The translations under genes were made by a program, and so were the position numbers. A stretch of DNA of 58,382 nt from positions 1 to 58,382 of the IMG/VR virus record IMGVR_UViG_3300048694_000413. One strand, 5' to 3'. The stretch is from a virus. Taxonomy: Duplodnaviria; Caudoviricetes. This document shows, one piece after another, positions 18,360 through 28,400 of the stretch. Each line of letters begins with the position of its first letter. Position 1 is the first letter of the stretch. The notes beneath the pieces are model-generated. The model ran no database searches. It saw only the letters and a list, made by a program, of their open reading frames with translations, and had not been told where the DNA came from.

Positions 18360-18610
18360 GACCTGTGTGCTTTTTTATGCTGATATTCAGTGCAAGCAAA
18401 CAGGTTCTCTATGCGATTATCTTTTTTATTACCATTAATATGGTGTACGGTTTCCCATTTTTCTAGGAACCGCCCTAGACTATTTTCTAGGATTAGGCGG
18501 TGTTCATAATACCAGCCTTTAAATGATTTAGGATGTTCTGGGACATAAACTAAAACATATCCTTCTGCACCGACTCTTCTCTTGCGATTATGAATCGGCG
18601 TAGATAACAC
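18356..18610 (-). CDS. HNH endonuclease
   Basis: EHRLILE...VHHINGNKKDNRIENL...H...H. Confidence 0.88.
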   Translation of the reverse strand: MLSTPIHNRKRRVGAEGYVLVYVPEHPKSFKGWYYEHRLILENSLGRFLEKWETVHHINGNKKDNRIENLFACTEYQHKKAHRS

Positions 18611-19038
18611 TATGCAGCAGTCTTTCCTATTGCAATAATATTTATTGCTTCTCCAGTTGAACCAGTTGTAGTTCCATTGTAATATGTTACCTTTACGCTA
18701 ACACTATCTTTTGTTACACTATTTACTGAACAAATATATTGATTACTCGCAGTATCTGGAGTTACAGTTACTACTGGAGGCTCTAGGAATGGTGCTTTAA
18801 AGGTATATGAAAATGTTCTATTATATAAATTTACTGGAAACCTTACCGCCTCAATAGCAGTTTGAGTTAAAGATAGTGGTACAGTATTTTGACTACCAGC
18901 AGCATAATACATCAAGTCTGATGAGCCACTTACCTGTGTGTCAATAGCCTTTACAGTTTCTTTTAGTGCTGTAATATCAGCATTCATATTGTCCATATCG
19001 GCAAGGGTGATGTACCCTCTTGAACCAAACATTCCCAT
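18610..19038 (-). CDS. Small tail-fibre / H-type-lectin-like protein
   Basis: N-terminal coiled coil; C-terminal FKAPFLEPPVVTVT...INIIAIG beta domain. Confidence 0.6.
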   Translation of the reverse strand: MGMFGSRGYITLADMDNMNADITALKETVKAIDTQVSGSSDLMYYAAGSQNTVPLSLTQTAIEAVRFPVNLYNRTFSYTFKAPFLEPPVVTVTPDTASNQYICSVNSVTKDSVSVKVTYYNGTTTGSTGEAINIIAIGKTAA

Positions 19039-19084
19039 TTATTTACCTCTATTATATTTTACCATGAAAGGAGTTAGAGAAGAA

Positions 19085-19258
19085 TTACTTCTTCTCTTTC
19101 CCGCCCTCAAGTTCTGCAATACGAGCATCACGGGCTTCAATTTCCTGAATTGCCTGTGCCTTTAGTGATGCCATTTGTGTTTCATATTGGCTAGTAATCT
19201 GACCGATACGAGCCTGAAGTTCCTGAACTACCAGTTCAAGTGTCTTATCCTGTGACAT
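19085..19258 (-). CDS. Small coiled-coil protein (57 aa), not in the ORF track
   Basis: MSQDKTLELVVQELQARIGQITSQYETQMASLKAQAIQEIEARDARIAELEGGKEKK; AAAGGA SD and its own promoter. Confidence 0.8.
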   Translation of the reverse strand: MSQDKTLELVVQELQARIGQITSQYETQMASLKAQAIQEIEARDARIAELEGGKEKK

Positions 19259-19281
19259 TTCTGTCCTTTCTCTATTTTACT

Positions 19282-19310
19282 ATTATACAATAACTATTTG
19301 TTATTTTCAA
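19282..19310 (-). promoter_or_regulatory. Primary-sigma promoter
   Basis: TTGAAA-N17-TATAAT upstream of the 57-aa gene. Confidence 0.65.
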
Positions 19311-19461
19311 GGTAATCCCAGAATTCTGATATTCCACGATTATTTAATATTTGAAGATAGTCATACATTTTAGACTCTGTATCCACTTCTACAACTTCCA
19401 TCTTAGTTCCAACATGATATATAGATATCATACCATTTTCTTTTATTATAGCCTCATACAT
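19294..19461 (-). CDS. Hypothetical protein (55 aa), not in the ORF track
   Basis: MYEAIIKENGMISIYHVGTKMEVVEVDTESKMYDYLQILNNRGISEFWDYLENNK; starts 2 nt after the tail fibre stop. Confidence 0.55.
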   Translation of the reverse strand: MYEAIIKENGMISIYHVGTKMEVVEVDTESKMYDYLQILNNRGISEFWDYLENNK

Positions 19462-19463
19462 TA

Positions 19464-22400
19464 TTAAATACCTGCCACATCGAATATAACTCCCTCAAGC
19501 GATATGAATGCGCCAGTTCCACCATTTTTATAATTATATACTGATACTACTCCACCAGCACTAATATCAACTCTAGCCTCACCATTACCTCCCGCAATAC
19601 ATTGATAAATTTTGCTGTTTGCTGGTCTATATCCTGAAGGAAGTGTAAATATTGTTCCAGTTTTTGAAGTTGTTGCATTTTTAATAAGACCTTTAAGATG
19701 TACAGTTCCATCTGGATATAATCTATAAGAAGCGTATCCAAATGTACTTACTGCATAATTTGTCCAACTATTTTGAAATGAAACATTATGCCAAGTATCT
19801 CTTACTAAATATCCACCAGCAATTGTTGTTGGAACTGAAGAATTTAAAGGAATTGTTAATATTCCACCAATTGTTAATGCTCCAGTAAATGTTGCTAACT
19901 TAGTAGTAAAATCCATTCTACCATCAACTGCAGAAGTATTTCCTGCAACTAAATCTATTCTTGGGTTATTTGATGTTAAGGAATATTTTCCTCCAGAAAT
20001 AGATGTTACTGATTGTCCAATATAACTTCCTGTGCCAGCCTGAACATATATTGAAGGATTAGTCATTAGATATGTATATGGCTCATAAGAAATATTTTTA
20101 ATAAGAGATAAGCCTGAACTATTACCAATTACCTGTGGAGAGCCTCCAAGTTGTGCTACTACTACTGGAGGGGAATATGACCAAATTCCTGGCTTTGATG
20201 CATCTACCCCCCAAATTGTTCCACCTCCAGTACTTCCGTCAAAGTAGGATATGGATTGATCTGATATTGTTAGTTCATCAAATCCAATTGAAGTACTTGC
20301 AACTTTTGTTGTTGTTGCGGATATTGTTGCTGTTGATATATCTAGTCCTTGTGATAATGCTAGATTTAAATCTGTGTATGTAGTAGATGATGAAACTGAA
20401 GTTACATTTATTCTTTCAATAACATAGAATTGAGAATCAATTGCTATTGCTGTTGCTGTTACTCCAAGTTGTCCCCTCGTTAATCCTAATGTAAGTAAAC
20501 CAGCACTAAATGATGCTGATGTAATTTTAGCATATTGAACTGCCGATGTGACAGAATCAATAATTTTTACATATGAGTTAACAGGAAAATATGAAAGCAT
20601 TGTATTTGTTGTATCTCCATAAAGAACAACTGATGTTGCTGTATTTGTGTATGCAGCATTAGCATATCCATATCCATTTGGAGCAAAACTGTCTAGTGGT
20701 AAATCATATGAGCCAGTAGATGGAATTCCATCTACACTAGAATCAATTACTGCAGTTGTTGCAGATGTTGTAAGATATGCAGATAATGCGGTATATGTAT
20801 ATGCTGTAGGTGCTGCTGGATCTAAATTGATACTTTCTATAGCAAAACCATTATATATTGTATTAGCAACTGTGCCACTTTGCGCTCTACTGAATGTTAT
20901 TGTTTTAGCAGTAGGAATTGATATTGTTGTAGTATAGATATATCCTGGAAGATTTAATGTAAAATCATTAGTATATTTAGCATTAGAGTATGCTGATGCT
21001 AAAATATCAAATTCTATATTATTTTTTGTTCTGGTAACAGTTGAATCTTGAACTAAATATTCATAATTTACTGTAGATATTGTTGTTCCAAGTAAAGAAT
21101 CTTGATAATCATCAATGGTAAATGTTGTTGTCGTAGGTACTGTTTTTACATAAAATTGATATTCCATATTTTGACTGTCTAAAAGAATTATACTATCTCC
21201 AATAGCAAATCCGTGTGCGCTAGATGTGGTAACAACAGTAGATGATGGAGTTGTTCTTGATACACTAGAAACTGTATACTTAGGTGGTGTTCCATATTGT
21301 GATGTAACATATGCATATCCACCAGAAAAAGTTGGAAGAGTAATTGAACTGCTATTATATGAATTATAATAGTTTATAAGATTTGTTATTGATGAATCAT
21401 AAAATGATTTTGATGATATTGCAGTTCCACTGTTTGACATACTTGATGAAGTAATTGTTGAAGTGGTATTTGAAGTATTTGTATAAGAAACAGTTATATC
21501 TTTTGTTGGATATGCAATCATTGTTTCAGTATTAAACTTACCACTAGATGAAACATTATATAGGGCAAAATCTGTATGGAATGATGATTTTCCAATTGTT
21601 AATGCTGTTCCATTATAAGAATAATATGCAGTAGTTCCATCTGGGTCAAGTCTGAATCCTGTTGATAAATATGTTGAGACTACTGTTGTCCATGAAAGAG
21701 AACCCATATATTTTTGACCATATGGGAATGATGGGAAAGAATATCCTGATGTAGTACCATCAAGAGTGGTGATTGATAACCCTGTACCTGCCGTCCATCC
21801 AGATGTACTTGAAGTATATGATGTATCTGATAAATTGACTTTATATTCAAAGGAGCCATTTTTTGCAACATTTAACTTAGAAACAGATTCTGCTCTAATT
21901 CCTACATAAGGATTAATATATACCTGAGATGCAGAGCCAGTTGTATCTCCAATAGTTAATCCAGTACCTTTCATTAAAGAAAGCCAGCCAGCCTCACCTG
22001 TTGGATATGATGTACCATTCCATGTTGAAAAGAATAGTCCAGCATCACCTAATGATTTTTTAGCAGTTACTCCTAATCCATATATTGGATCAATTTTAGT
22101 TTCTGTTGGTGGAGTATATCCACTTCCAACTGTAAATGCTGTATCTGAATTATCTGTAACAAATATTCCAGTATATGGACTTGCTGATGTTGTTGGATAA
22201 AATTTAAATCCACCAATTTTTCCAGAACCATCACTCTTTAATCTTAATGGAGAATTATTAAAAACTTCATTGCCCATCCAAAGTCCTGGCTCTGATTGCA
22301 AAACTGTTGTCATAGTTATTGCTGGGGATGATGTTATTGTTGGAGTATCATCTGATGTTATATTGATGTTGTTTTCTTCACCATAAATAATTATTACTGC

Positions 22401-23585
22401 TTTATTTGTAAGTAATGTTGAAGTTTGATAAGCATTTCCAAATCCATCGAATGCGTAGTCATATCTACCAGCATCTTGAATTGTCCATTTTAATGCTGGG
22501 TTTGCTGTTAAAAGCCCCCACATAGTTCCACTTACTCCACTAGTTGGAAGCAATATTAATTTAGAAATTAAATTACTTAAAAGAAGTGAATCTGAATAAG
22601 ATATTCTTATATAGATACTTGAAAATCCAGAACCCTCACTATCTATAAGTATTTTATCAATTGTATATGTTGTAGGTGTTCCAGTTCCAGATACATTTGA
22701 TAGACCAATAAATGAACTTCCTGTTCCTGAATAAATAGTTCCTGGTCCAATTGACCAACCAGTTGCTCCACCAATTTTTCCAGAATTTGCAGTAATATCT
22801 CCAACAATTTGAAGAGTTCCAGATTGTTCATTATATGAAAAATATTTAGATGTAGAACCAACATTTATTCTTGCATTATTATCTGCAAACCAATAATTTG
22901 TTGAATTAAGTTTTAATCCTACTCCATATACCCCATCAGTAGAATTTGATGAATTATATAAACCTACACCCATAGTATTTGCTGGAATTATTGGTGCTGC
23001 TGTTGTTGAATTTATATATCCTCTAAGTACGCCATTAACATTCAATGTTGCTGGGGCGGTTGGATCCCATGTTAGACCAGAACCAAGACTAAACTTGCCG
23101 CTCTGCTCTACATAAAAATTAGTATCGCTATTTCCCCAGTTTCCAGCACCAATGTATATTTTTGCTGTTCCTGTTCCAGCATAATAAAGAGATGTAGAGT
23201 CAATACTCCATCCGCCAATTTTTCCAGTTGTAGCAGTTACTTTACCAGCAATAGCAAATGTTGAGCCGTCCCATGTTACAGACTGCGTAGTTCCATTTCC
23301 AATTGAAAATAATCCTGATGAATACCAGTAATTTGTTGAATCTATAGATATTCCACTATTTGTTCCATTTACATTAGAACCAAATTTCATTCCGCCAGCA
23401 AGAAGTTGACCATTATCAGTCATAGTTGTTGTATATGAATTTGAAAGTGCATTTGAAAAATTTTGAGGAGATGTAAAAGTTACAGTTTCAGACCAAGCAG
23501 ATGTTTGTCCATTATTACCGACAGTTCTAACTTGGATTGCATATTTTTTACCAGGAATAAGATTTGGAATACTAAGTGAACCCAT
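19464..23585 (-). CDS. Large minor tail / tail fibre (receptor-binding) protein
   Basis: N-terminal FN3-like fragment (NLIPGKKYAIQVR...SAWS), GKIGGW repeats, S/T/G-rich body, C-terminal WHNVSFQNSW...VHLKGLIK...IFTLPSGYRP RBP head. Confidence 0.8.
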   Translation of the reverse strand: MGSLSIPNLIPGKKYAIQVRTVGNNGQTSAWSETVTFTSPQNFSNALSNSYTTTMTDNGQLLAGGMKFGSNVNGTNSGISIDSTNYWYSSGLFSIGNGTTQSVTWDGSTFAIAGKVTATTGKIGGWSIDSTSLYYAGTGTAKIYIGAGNWGNSDTNFYVEQSGKFSLGSGLTWDPTAPATLNVNGVLRGYINSTTAAPIIPANTMGVGLYNSSNSTDGVYGVGLKLNSTNYWFADNNARINVGSTSKYFSYNEQSGTLQIVGDITANSGKIGGATGWSIGPGTIYSGTGSSFIGLSNVSGTGTPTTYTIDKILIDSEGSGFSSIYIRISYSDSLLLSNLISKLILLPTSGVSGTMWGLLTANPALKWTIQDAGRYDYAFDGFGNAYQTSTLLTNKAVIIIYGEENNINITSDDTPTITSSPAITMTTVLQSEPGLWMGNEVFNNSPLRLKSDGSGKIGGFKFYPTTSASPYTGIFVTDNSDTAFTVGSGYTPPTETKIDPIYGLGVTAKKSLGDAGLFFSTWNGTSYPTGEAGWLSLMKGTGLTIGDTTGSASQVYINPYVGIRAESVSKLNVAKNGSFEYKVNLSDTSYTSSTSGWTAGTGLSITTLDGTTSGYSFPSFPYGQKYMGSLSWTTVVSTYLSTGFRLDPDGTTAYYSYNGTALTIGKSSFHTDFALYNVSSSGKFNTETMIAYPTKDITVSYTNTSNTTSTITSSSMSNSGTAISSKSFYDSSITNLINYYNSYNSSSITLPTFSGGYAYVTSQYGTPPKYTVSSVSRTTPSSTVVTTSSAHGFAIGDSIILLDSQNMEYQFYVKTVPTTTTFTIDDYQDSLLGTTISTVNYEYLVQDSTVTRTKNNIEFDILASAYSNAKYTNDFTLNLPGYIYTTTISIPTAKTITFSRAQSGTVANTIYNGFAIESINLDPAAPTAYTYTALSAYLTTSATTAVIDSSVDGIPSTGSYDLPLDSFAPNGYGYANAAYTNTATSVVLYGDTTNTMLSYFPVNSYVKIIDSVTSAVQYAKITSASFSAGLLTLGLTRGQLGVTATAIAIDSQFYVIERINVTSVSSSTTYTDLNLALSQGLDISTATISATTTKVASTSIGFDELTISDQSISYFDGSTGGGTIWGVDASKPGIWSYSPPVVVAQLGGSPQVIGNSSGLSLIKNISYEPYTYLMTNPSIYVQAGTGSYIGQSVTSISGGKYSLTSNNPRIDLVAGNTSAVDGRMDFTTKLATFTGALTIGGILTIPLNSSVPTTIAGGYLVRDTWHNVSFQNSWTNYAVSTFGYASYRLYPDGTVHLKGLIKNATTSKTGTIFTLPSGYRPANSKIYQCIAGGNGEARVDISAGGVVSVYNYKNGGTGAFISLEGVIFDVAGI

Positions 23586-24962
23586 TTATAACCCCAACAC
23601 TAATTCATATTGAATTTCTAAACTGTCTCCTGCAGTTTTAATTACTGGTGATGAAAGAACTGTTCTACTGACTAGACCATCCATAGGATTAACTCCAGTA
23701 AATCTATCTATTTTTATAGCATCAAAAATAAGATTTCCAGTTGTACTTACCAAAATAGCGGATACATTGTAGTTAAAATTATTTGCAATAGTTAGTGTTG
23801 AGAGTTGAGCAGAAACAATTGTAAGTCCTGCTGCATAAGATTGTGATGGAATTGTCCATGTCATAGAGCCAGCACCATAACTTGCATTATTTTGATTATC
23901 ATAAAATGTTACTGTGATAGCCTTACTTGTTTGAGTGGAACCAGTATTATTATATACGGCTAACTTAATTGTATCTGCTGGGTTATAAATTGATAAATCA
24001 ATTCCAGAAAGAACGCCTGGTTTTTGTGGGGATGCTATTGTTCCTCCTAGCATCGTAGAACCAACACTTACTCCAAGAGAGTACGCTGCTACATATGATA
24101 AAGAAAGATTGGTTCCAGATGACCAGTATGAATTATTTACTGTAGTTCCCTCATCAAATTTTGTAATAATATCTGTTGAATATGTACCATTTGAAATAAA
24201 ACTATTATTTGAAAACACTCCAACTTCATTAATTGTAGCAACTAAATCTGTATCTAGTGATGTTTTTAAAATTATTTTTCTTTGAGTAAAGGTAATTGTT
24301 CCAGAAACTGTTGCATGAGCATGTGATAATGTTACAGTTGTAGTAGTATTAGTACTTGATACGGCAGTAACAACTGAATTTATATCAATGTTTGTACCGC
24401 TAACTGCCATTCCAGAAACAATATAGGAAGATCCAATACTGGTTATTGTTCCTGCTGTAAGACCACTTGCTGCTAAAACTTTAATTGAAGTTGGACCAAT
24501 GACTTCAGTAATTAAAGTATTTGTTCCAATATTTCCAGTACCATTAGTAGCATTAATTCTTGATCCAACTACCATTCCAGCAGTTGATGTTAATCCAGTA
24601 ATAGTTGCAGTATTTGATGTTACTGTTCCAATTGTTCCTCCGCCAAATGAACCTGATGTTCCTGATGTTGGCAGTGTAATAACTAAGGAATATGAATCTG
24701 GAGCAGATGAATAAGTTGCAGTTGATGTCATAATATTAGGTGATTTAAGAAGAATAGAATTTCTTGCAACTTCAAAATCAAGTGCGGTATTTGTTATTGC
24801 TGGAGTTGTAGTTCCAATACCTACTCCCAAAGAGTTTGCCCAACTTGAAACAGATGATCCCAGAAACTTTAACATAATATCTTTTCCGATAGATGTTACA
24901 ATGTTTTCTTTTTCAGCAACACATTTACCATTCTTAATAATTTTGTAAGAACCTAAAATCAT
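23586..24962 (-). CDS. Minor tail / baseplate protein
   Basis: NIVTSIGK...GIGTTTP...ALDFEVAR...INEVGVF...LVSRTVLSSPVIKT tail-fibre-base fold with Thr-rich insertions. Confidence 0.7.
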   Translation of the reverse strand: MILGSYKIIKNGKCVAEKENIVTSIGKDIMLKFLGSSVSSWANSLGVGIGTTTPAITNTALDFEVARNSILLKSPNIMTSTATYSSAPDSYSLVITLPTSGTSGSFGGGTIGTVTSNTATITGLTSTAGMVVGSRINATNGTGNIGTNTLITEVIGPTSIKVLAASGLTAGTITSIGSSYIVSGMAVSGTNIDINSVVTAVSSTNTTTTVTLSHAHATVSGTITFTQRKIILKTSLDTDLVATINEVGVFSNNSFISNGTYSTDIITKFDEGTTVNNSYWSSGTNLSLSYVAAYSLGVSVGSTMLGGTIASPQKPGVLSGIDLSIYNPADTIKLAVYNNTGSTQTSKAITVTFYDNQNNASYGAGSMTWTIPSQSYAAGLTIVSAQLSTLTIANNFNYNVSAILVSTTGNLIFDAIKIDRFTGVNPMDGLVSRTVLSSPVIKTAGDSLEIQYELVLGL

Positions 24963-25396
24963 TATACTACCTCTTTAACTGCAACTTCATAATTTACAGC
25001 ACCATTAGCATCTGTAAATAAAACCTTAATTGTATTTGTAATTGTTCCATCTGCTCCCTTTACTGCTGTTGCATTTACTGTATCTACTGCAAGGGATGTT
25101 GGTGGAAGTACAGCAGACATCGTTACTGGGTCATATGTAGCAGCAGCGGAGGTTAGTGGTGGGTTATATGGAGAAATTGGAACACTTGCAATATCTTCAA
25201 TTGTAAGCCCCTGTATAGTACCATCTGGAATATCAAGAATTGATGTATCCTGTTTAATTACATTTTGATAATCTGGATGATTTGGTCCAATGTTATATAA
25301 TGGATTATCACGGGTAGCAATAATCTTTTCAGGACTCTGTACCGTAGACCTGTTTGTTACACTTCTATTTTTTTTGGGCTTATTTCTGTCAAACAT
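24962..25396 (-). CDS. Hypothetical virion protein
   Basis: Within the tail module; C-terminal FN3-like strands; apparently leaderless start. Confidence 0.55.
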   Translation of the reverse strand: MFDRNKPKKNRSVTNRSTVQSPEKIIATRDNPLYNIGPNHPDYQNVIKQDTSILDIPDGTIQGLTIEDIASVPISPYNPPLTSAAATYDPVTMSAVLPPTSLAVDTVNATAVKGADGTITNTIKVLFTDANGAVNYEVAVKEVV

Positions 25397-25424
25397 ATAA
25401 ATATTATACCATTCTAGCCGTTTT

Positions 25425-28400
25425 TTAGGTAATTCTTCTTAATGTGAATGAAGAATTAAATCCATTACTATATGATGTATTTGCTTTTGTAACCATATAA
25501 TAGTTATCTGAAACCGTGTTTGTTTTATAATATTTAACTTTAACCACATCTCCAATTGTTAAAAGCGGATTTCCAAAAGCCTCGATATCAAATGTGTTTC
25601 CAGAAACTATTGAACTATTAAGAATAATCGATGCAATATTTTCAGCATTTTCTTTACTCTGAATCCAGTCAGATGAAATTTGAATTTCGCTATCATTTGG
25701 AAGCATTCTATCTGACTCTGCTACATACTGTATCTCACCAGTTTTTTGAATAGCATTTCCATAAATTTTTGTTGAATTGAAATTTCCAGAACTTTGACCT
25801 GATAGCGGAATAAAACTTTCTCCAGCATTAAGATATAAGAATTTAGATTTAAATGATGTTGATACTACTGGAGATACTACAGACTGCTCTTCTGGAACTT
25901 GAACAATTTTTGTAATATCAGATGTTGCTGAATCTTTAAATTCATGAGAACCAGAAGTTACTAAGACTTTTTGATTATATCCTGGACCAGATGTTAAATC
26001 AACATCATAAATTTGCATTCCATATACAGAGGGGTTGATGCCAAAAAAATATGGTTCTGCCTTATTTATATTTGAATCTCCTTCATGAAGAATATTTACA
26101 AGGTCGACTGTTCTTGAAATTTTAGGGGAGACTGCAAAATCCCCATCTTGCCAAGCAGTTATGCTATCTATGTTAATTGGATTATTATTTCCATATACGC
26201 CAATTGCTAAAGACCTACCGCTTCTATTATATGCCGCCAATCCAGTTCTATTTAAATTATACTGTCTTGGATTTGGATCATTTCTTGTTGAGCCAGATGT
26301 ATTGCTTGATGAAACTAAAACATCTTTATAGTACCATGAAATTTTTGAACCATCTATATAAACTTGAAGATTATTTGCACTATCAATATAAATATAAACA
26401 TTTTTAAGTTTATTAGACTTATATGTTTTTACTGTTAAGGTTTTCTTTCTACCTCTAACTTTAGTTACTTTTTTAGTTGTTTGAACTTCACCAGCATCAA
26501 GTTTGAATGTTGATTTAGCAACAATTGTATTGCCGTAGTATAACCTTGTTTCATATGCAGATGTTGTTGCTGCAGTTGGAATATATAAATAATAGGATGA
26601 AGATGGATTTGAAGGATTATATCCAATTGGAATTATTACCACATCATCTGTTAATGCTGTATAGGAGATATTATTTTTATCTCTACTTGGTATATAAAAT
26701 GTATAACTATAATTATTAAATGAATTAGAATCCTTTCCATCTAAATATGCTAATGTTGCTAAAGAAGAGTTTCCAATAAGAGACATATAAGAAACATTAT
26801 CTCTTAATTCATATCCACATGTTGTAGCAACTGTTGCAGTTGTTGCTGCTGATGTAGCGGCAAGACTGACAGATGTGTTTACTTTTAATTCTGGATATGC
26901 ATCTGTAATATTTGTAATATTACCTGGGGCTACATGGCTTCTTGCTTTTGTTCCAAACATTCCTCTTTCTACATTTAAAAGTTTTCCTGTATAAGCCCAT
27001 TTAAAACTTGAGTTTTGTGGGCTGAGTCCACGAACTTTAGAAAGAACATATTGAAGATCTGCTTCATTTCTTACAATAGATGTCTGTGTAACTGGAACTA
27101 TTGCCAAACCGCTGCCAGTTGTAGATGCGGTATTTGCTGTTATTGCAGTTGTAAGTGCTACTGTAAATGTTGATGGTGTAACTGCAGTAATTTGAACATT
27201 TACTTGATTAAGTGATGTTGGGGTAAGACCAATAATTGTTACATATTGTCCAATTGAAAAAGCATTATCACCAGTATAAGTAATTGAAGTTCCTAATGAA
27301 TTTGCTAGAGCCTTTGTAATTCTTGCAGACAAAGGATATGTTATTTCTTGACCATTATATTTGATAATTTCTGTTCCAATGGCTGCATATCCGCTGTATG
27401 AAAGCCAGGACATTTCTGGTTCTGTATTCCATAAATTTTGATTTAAATAAATAAAATTATCTGAAGACTTCATTCCATCTCTAAGATTAGAAAATCCTAC
27501 CCCATCTGATGCTCCTGCCTCCCACAAAATTTGTGTAGATGGAGTTTCTACTGTCTCAAATGTGGATGTATTACTCGCTGGATCAGTTGAATACTTTTTA
27601 TAAATAGAGTTATAGTTTACAGTTACTTTCCCAATTCTATCATTTGCATTTTCTGTTAAAGATACAATATTTGGCTGTAATGAAGTTGTTTCGTCATATT
27701 TATCTGTAAATGTGAATACGGGAGTTGTCAATGATTTAGATTTATAATTTGTAAGATTAAACATTCCATATTCATCAAAATAACCAAGGTATCCGTATGG
27801 AAGTAAAAGTTCCTGAATATTCTCCCACATATTTTTTTGAGCATCTGTATAATATGCAAGCAGGGTCGCTGTTATAAGTGTCGGATTAATATCAAAACTG
27901 TTTGCCATGTAATCACTAAAACCATTTTGCTCAAATATTGTTTTAAGGCAATCTACTATAGTCAATGAAATAGTTGATGTATCTGTTGTAAGAAGAAGAG
28001 TATCTATTGTATTTTTTCTCTGCAAAATCTTGGAATAATCAAATAACTGAAGTTCTGTTTCATCTTCAGATATATTCCAAGACTCTACATATCCAGTAAA
28101 TATTGGAATATTAGAATCTACCGTTGAACCACTAGAATCTAATAAATTATATTTTATCCTTGCTTTTACATTTTTATCAATTAGATTTAATTTACTAAAT
28201 GGAGAAATTCCAGTTTTATCTGAAAAAATAGAAAATGTATTTCCATTAAATGTTCTAGTAATATTTTCTAATTTTAATGATGCAGAGTTTGCTGTGGCAA
28301 GTCCAACTGCGGTAGGAAGATTTCCGCTATCTGTTTCTTTGTCAACAGAATATTCAGTAATATATGAACTTACATCAACAATAAGTCGTGGGGATATTTC

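Noticed and set aside
18356-18610. HNH gene as a homing endonuclease within a group I intron
   Set aside because: It is free-standing between intact genes, coupled to the upstream ORF, with no interrupted host gene or space for an intron core.
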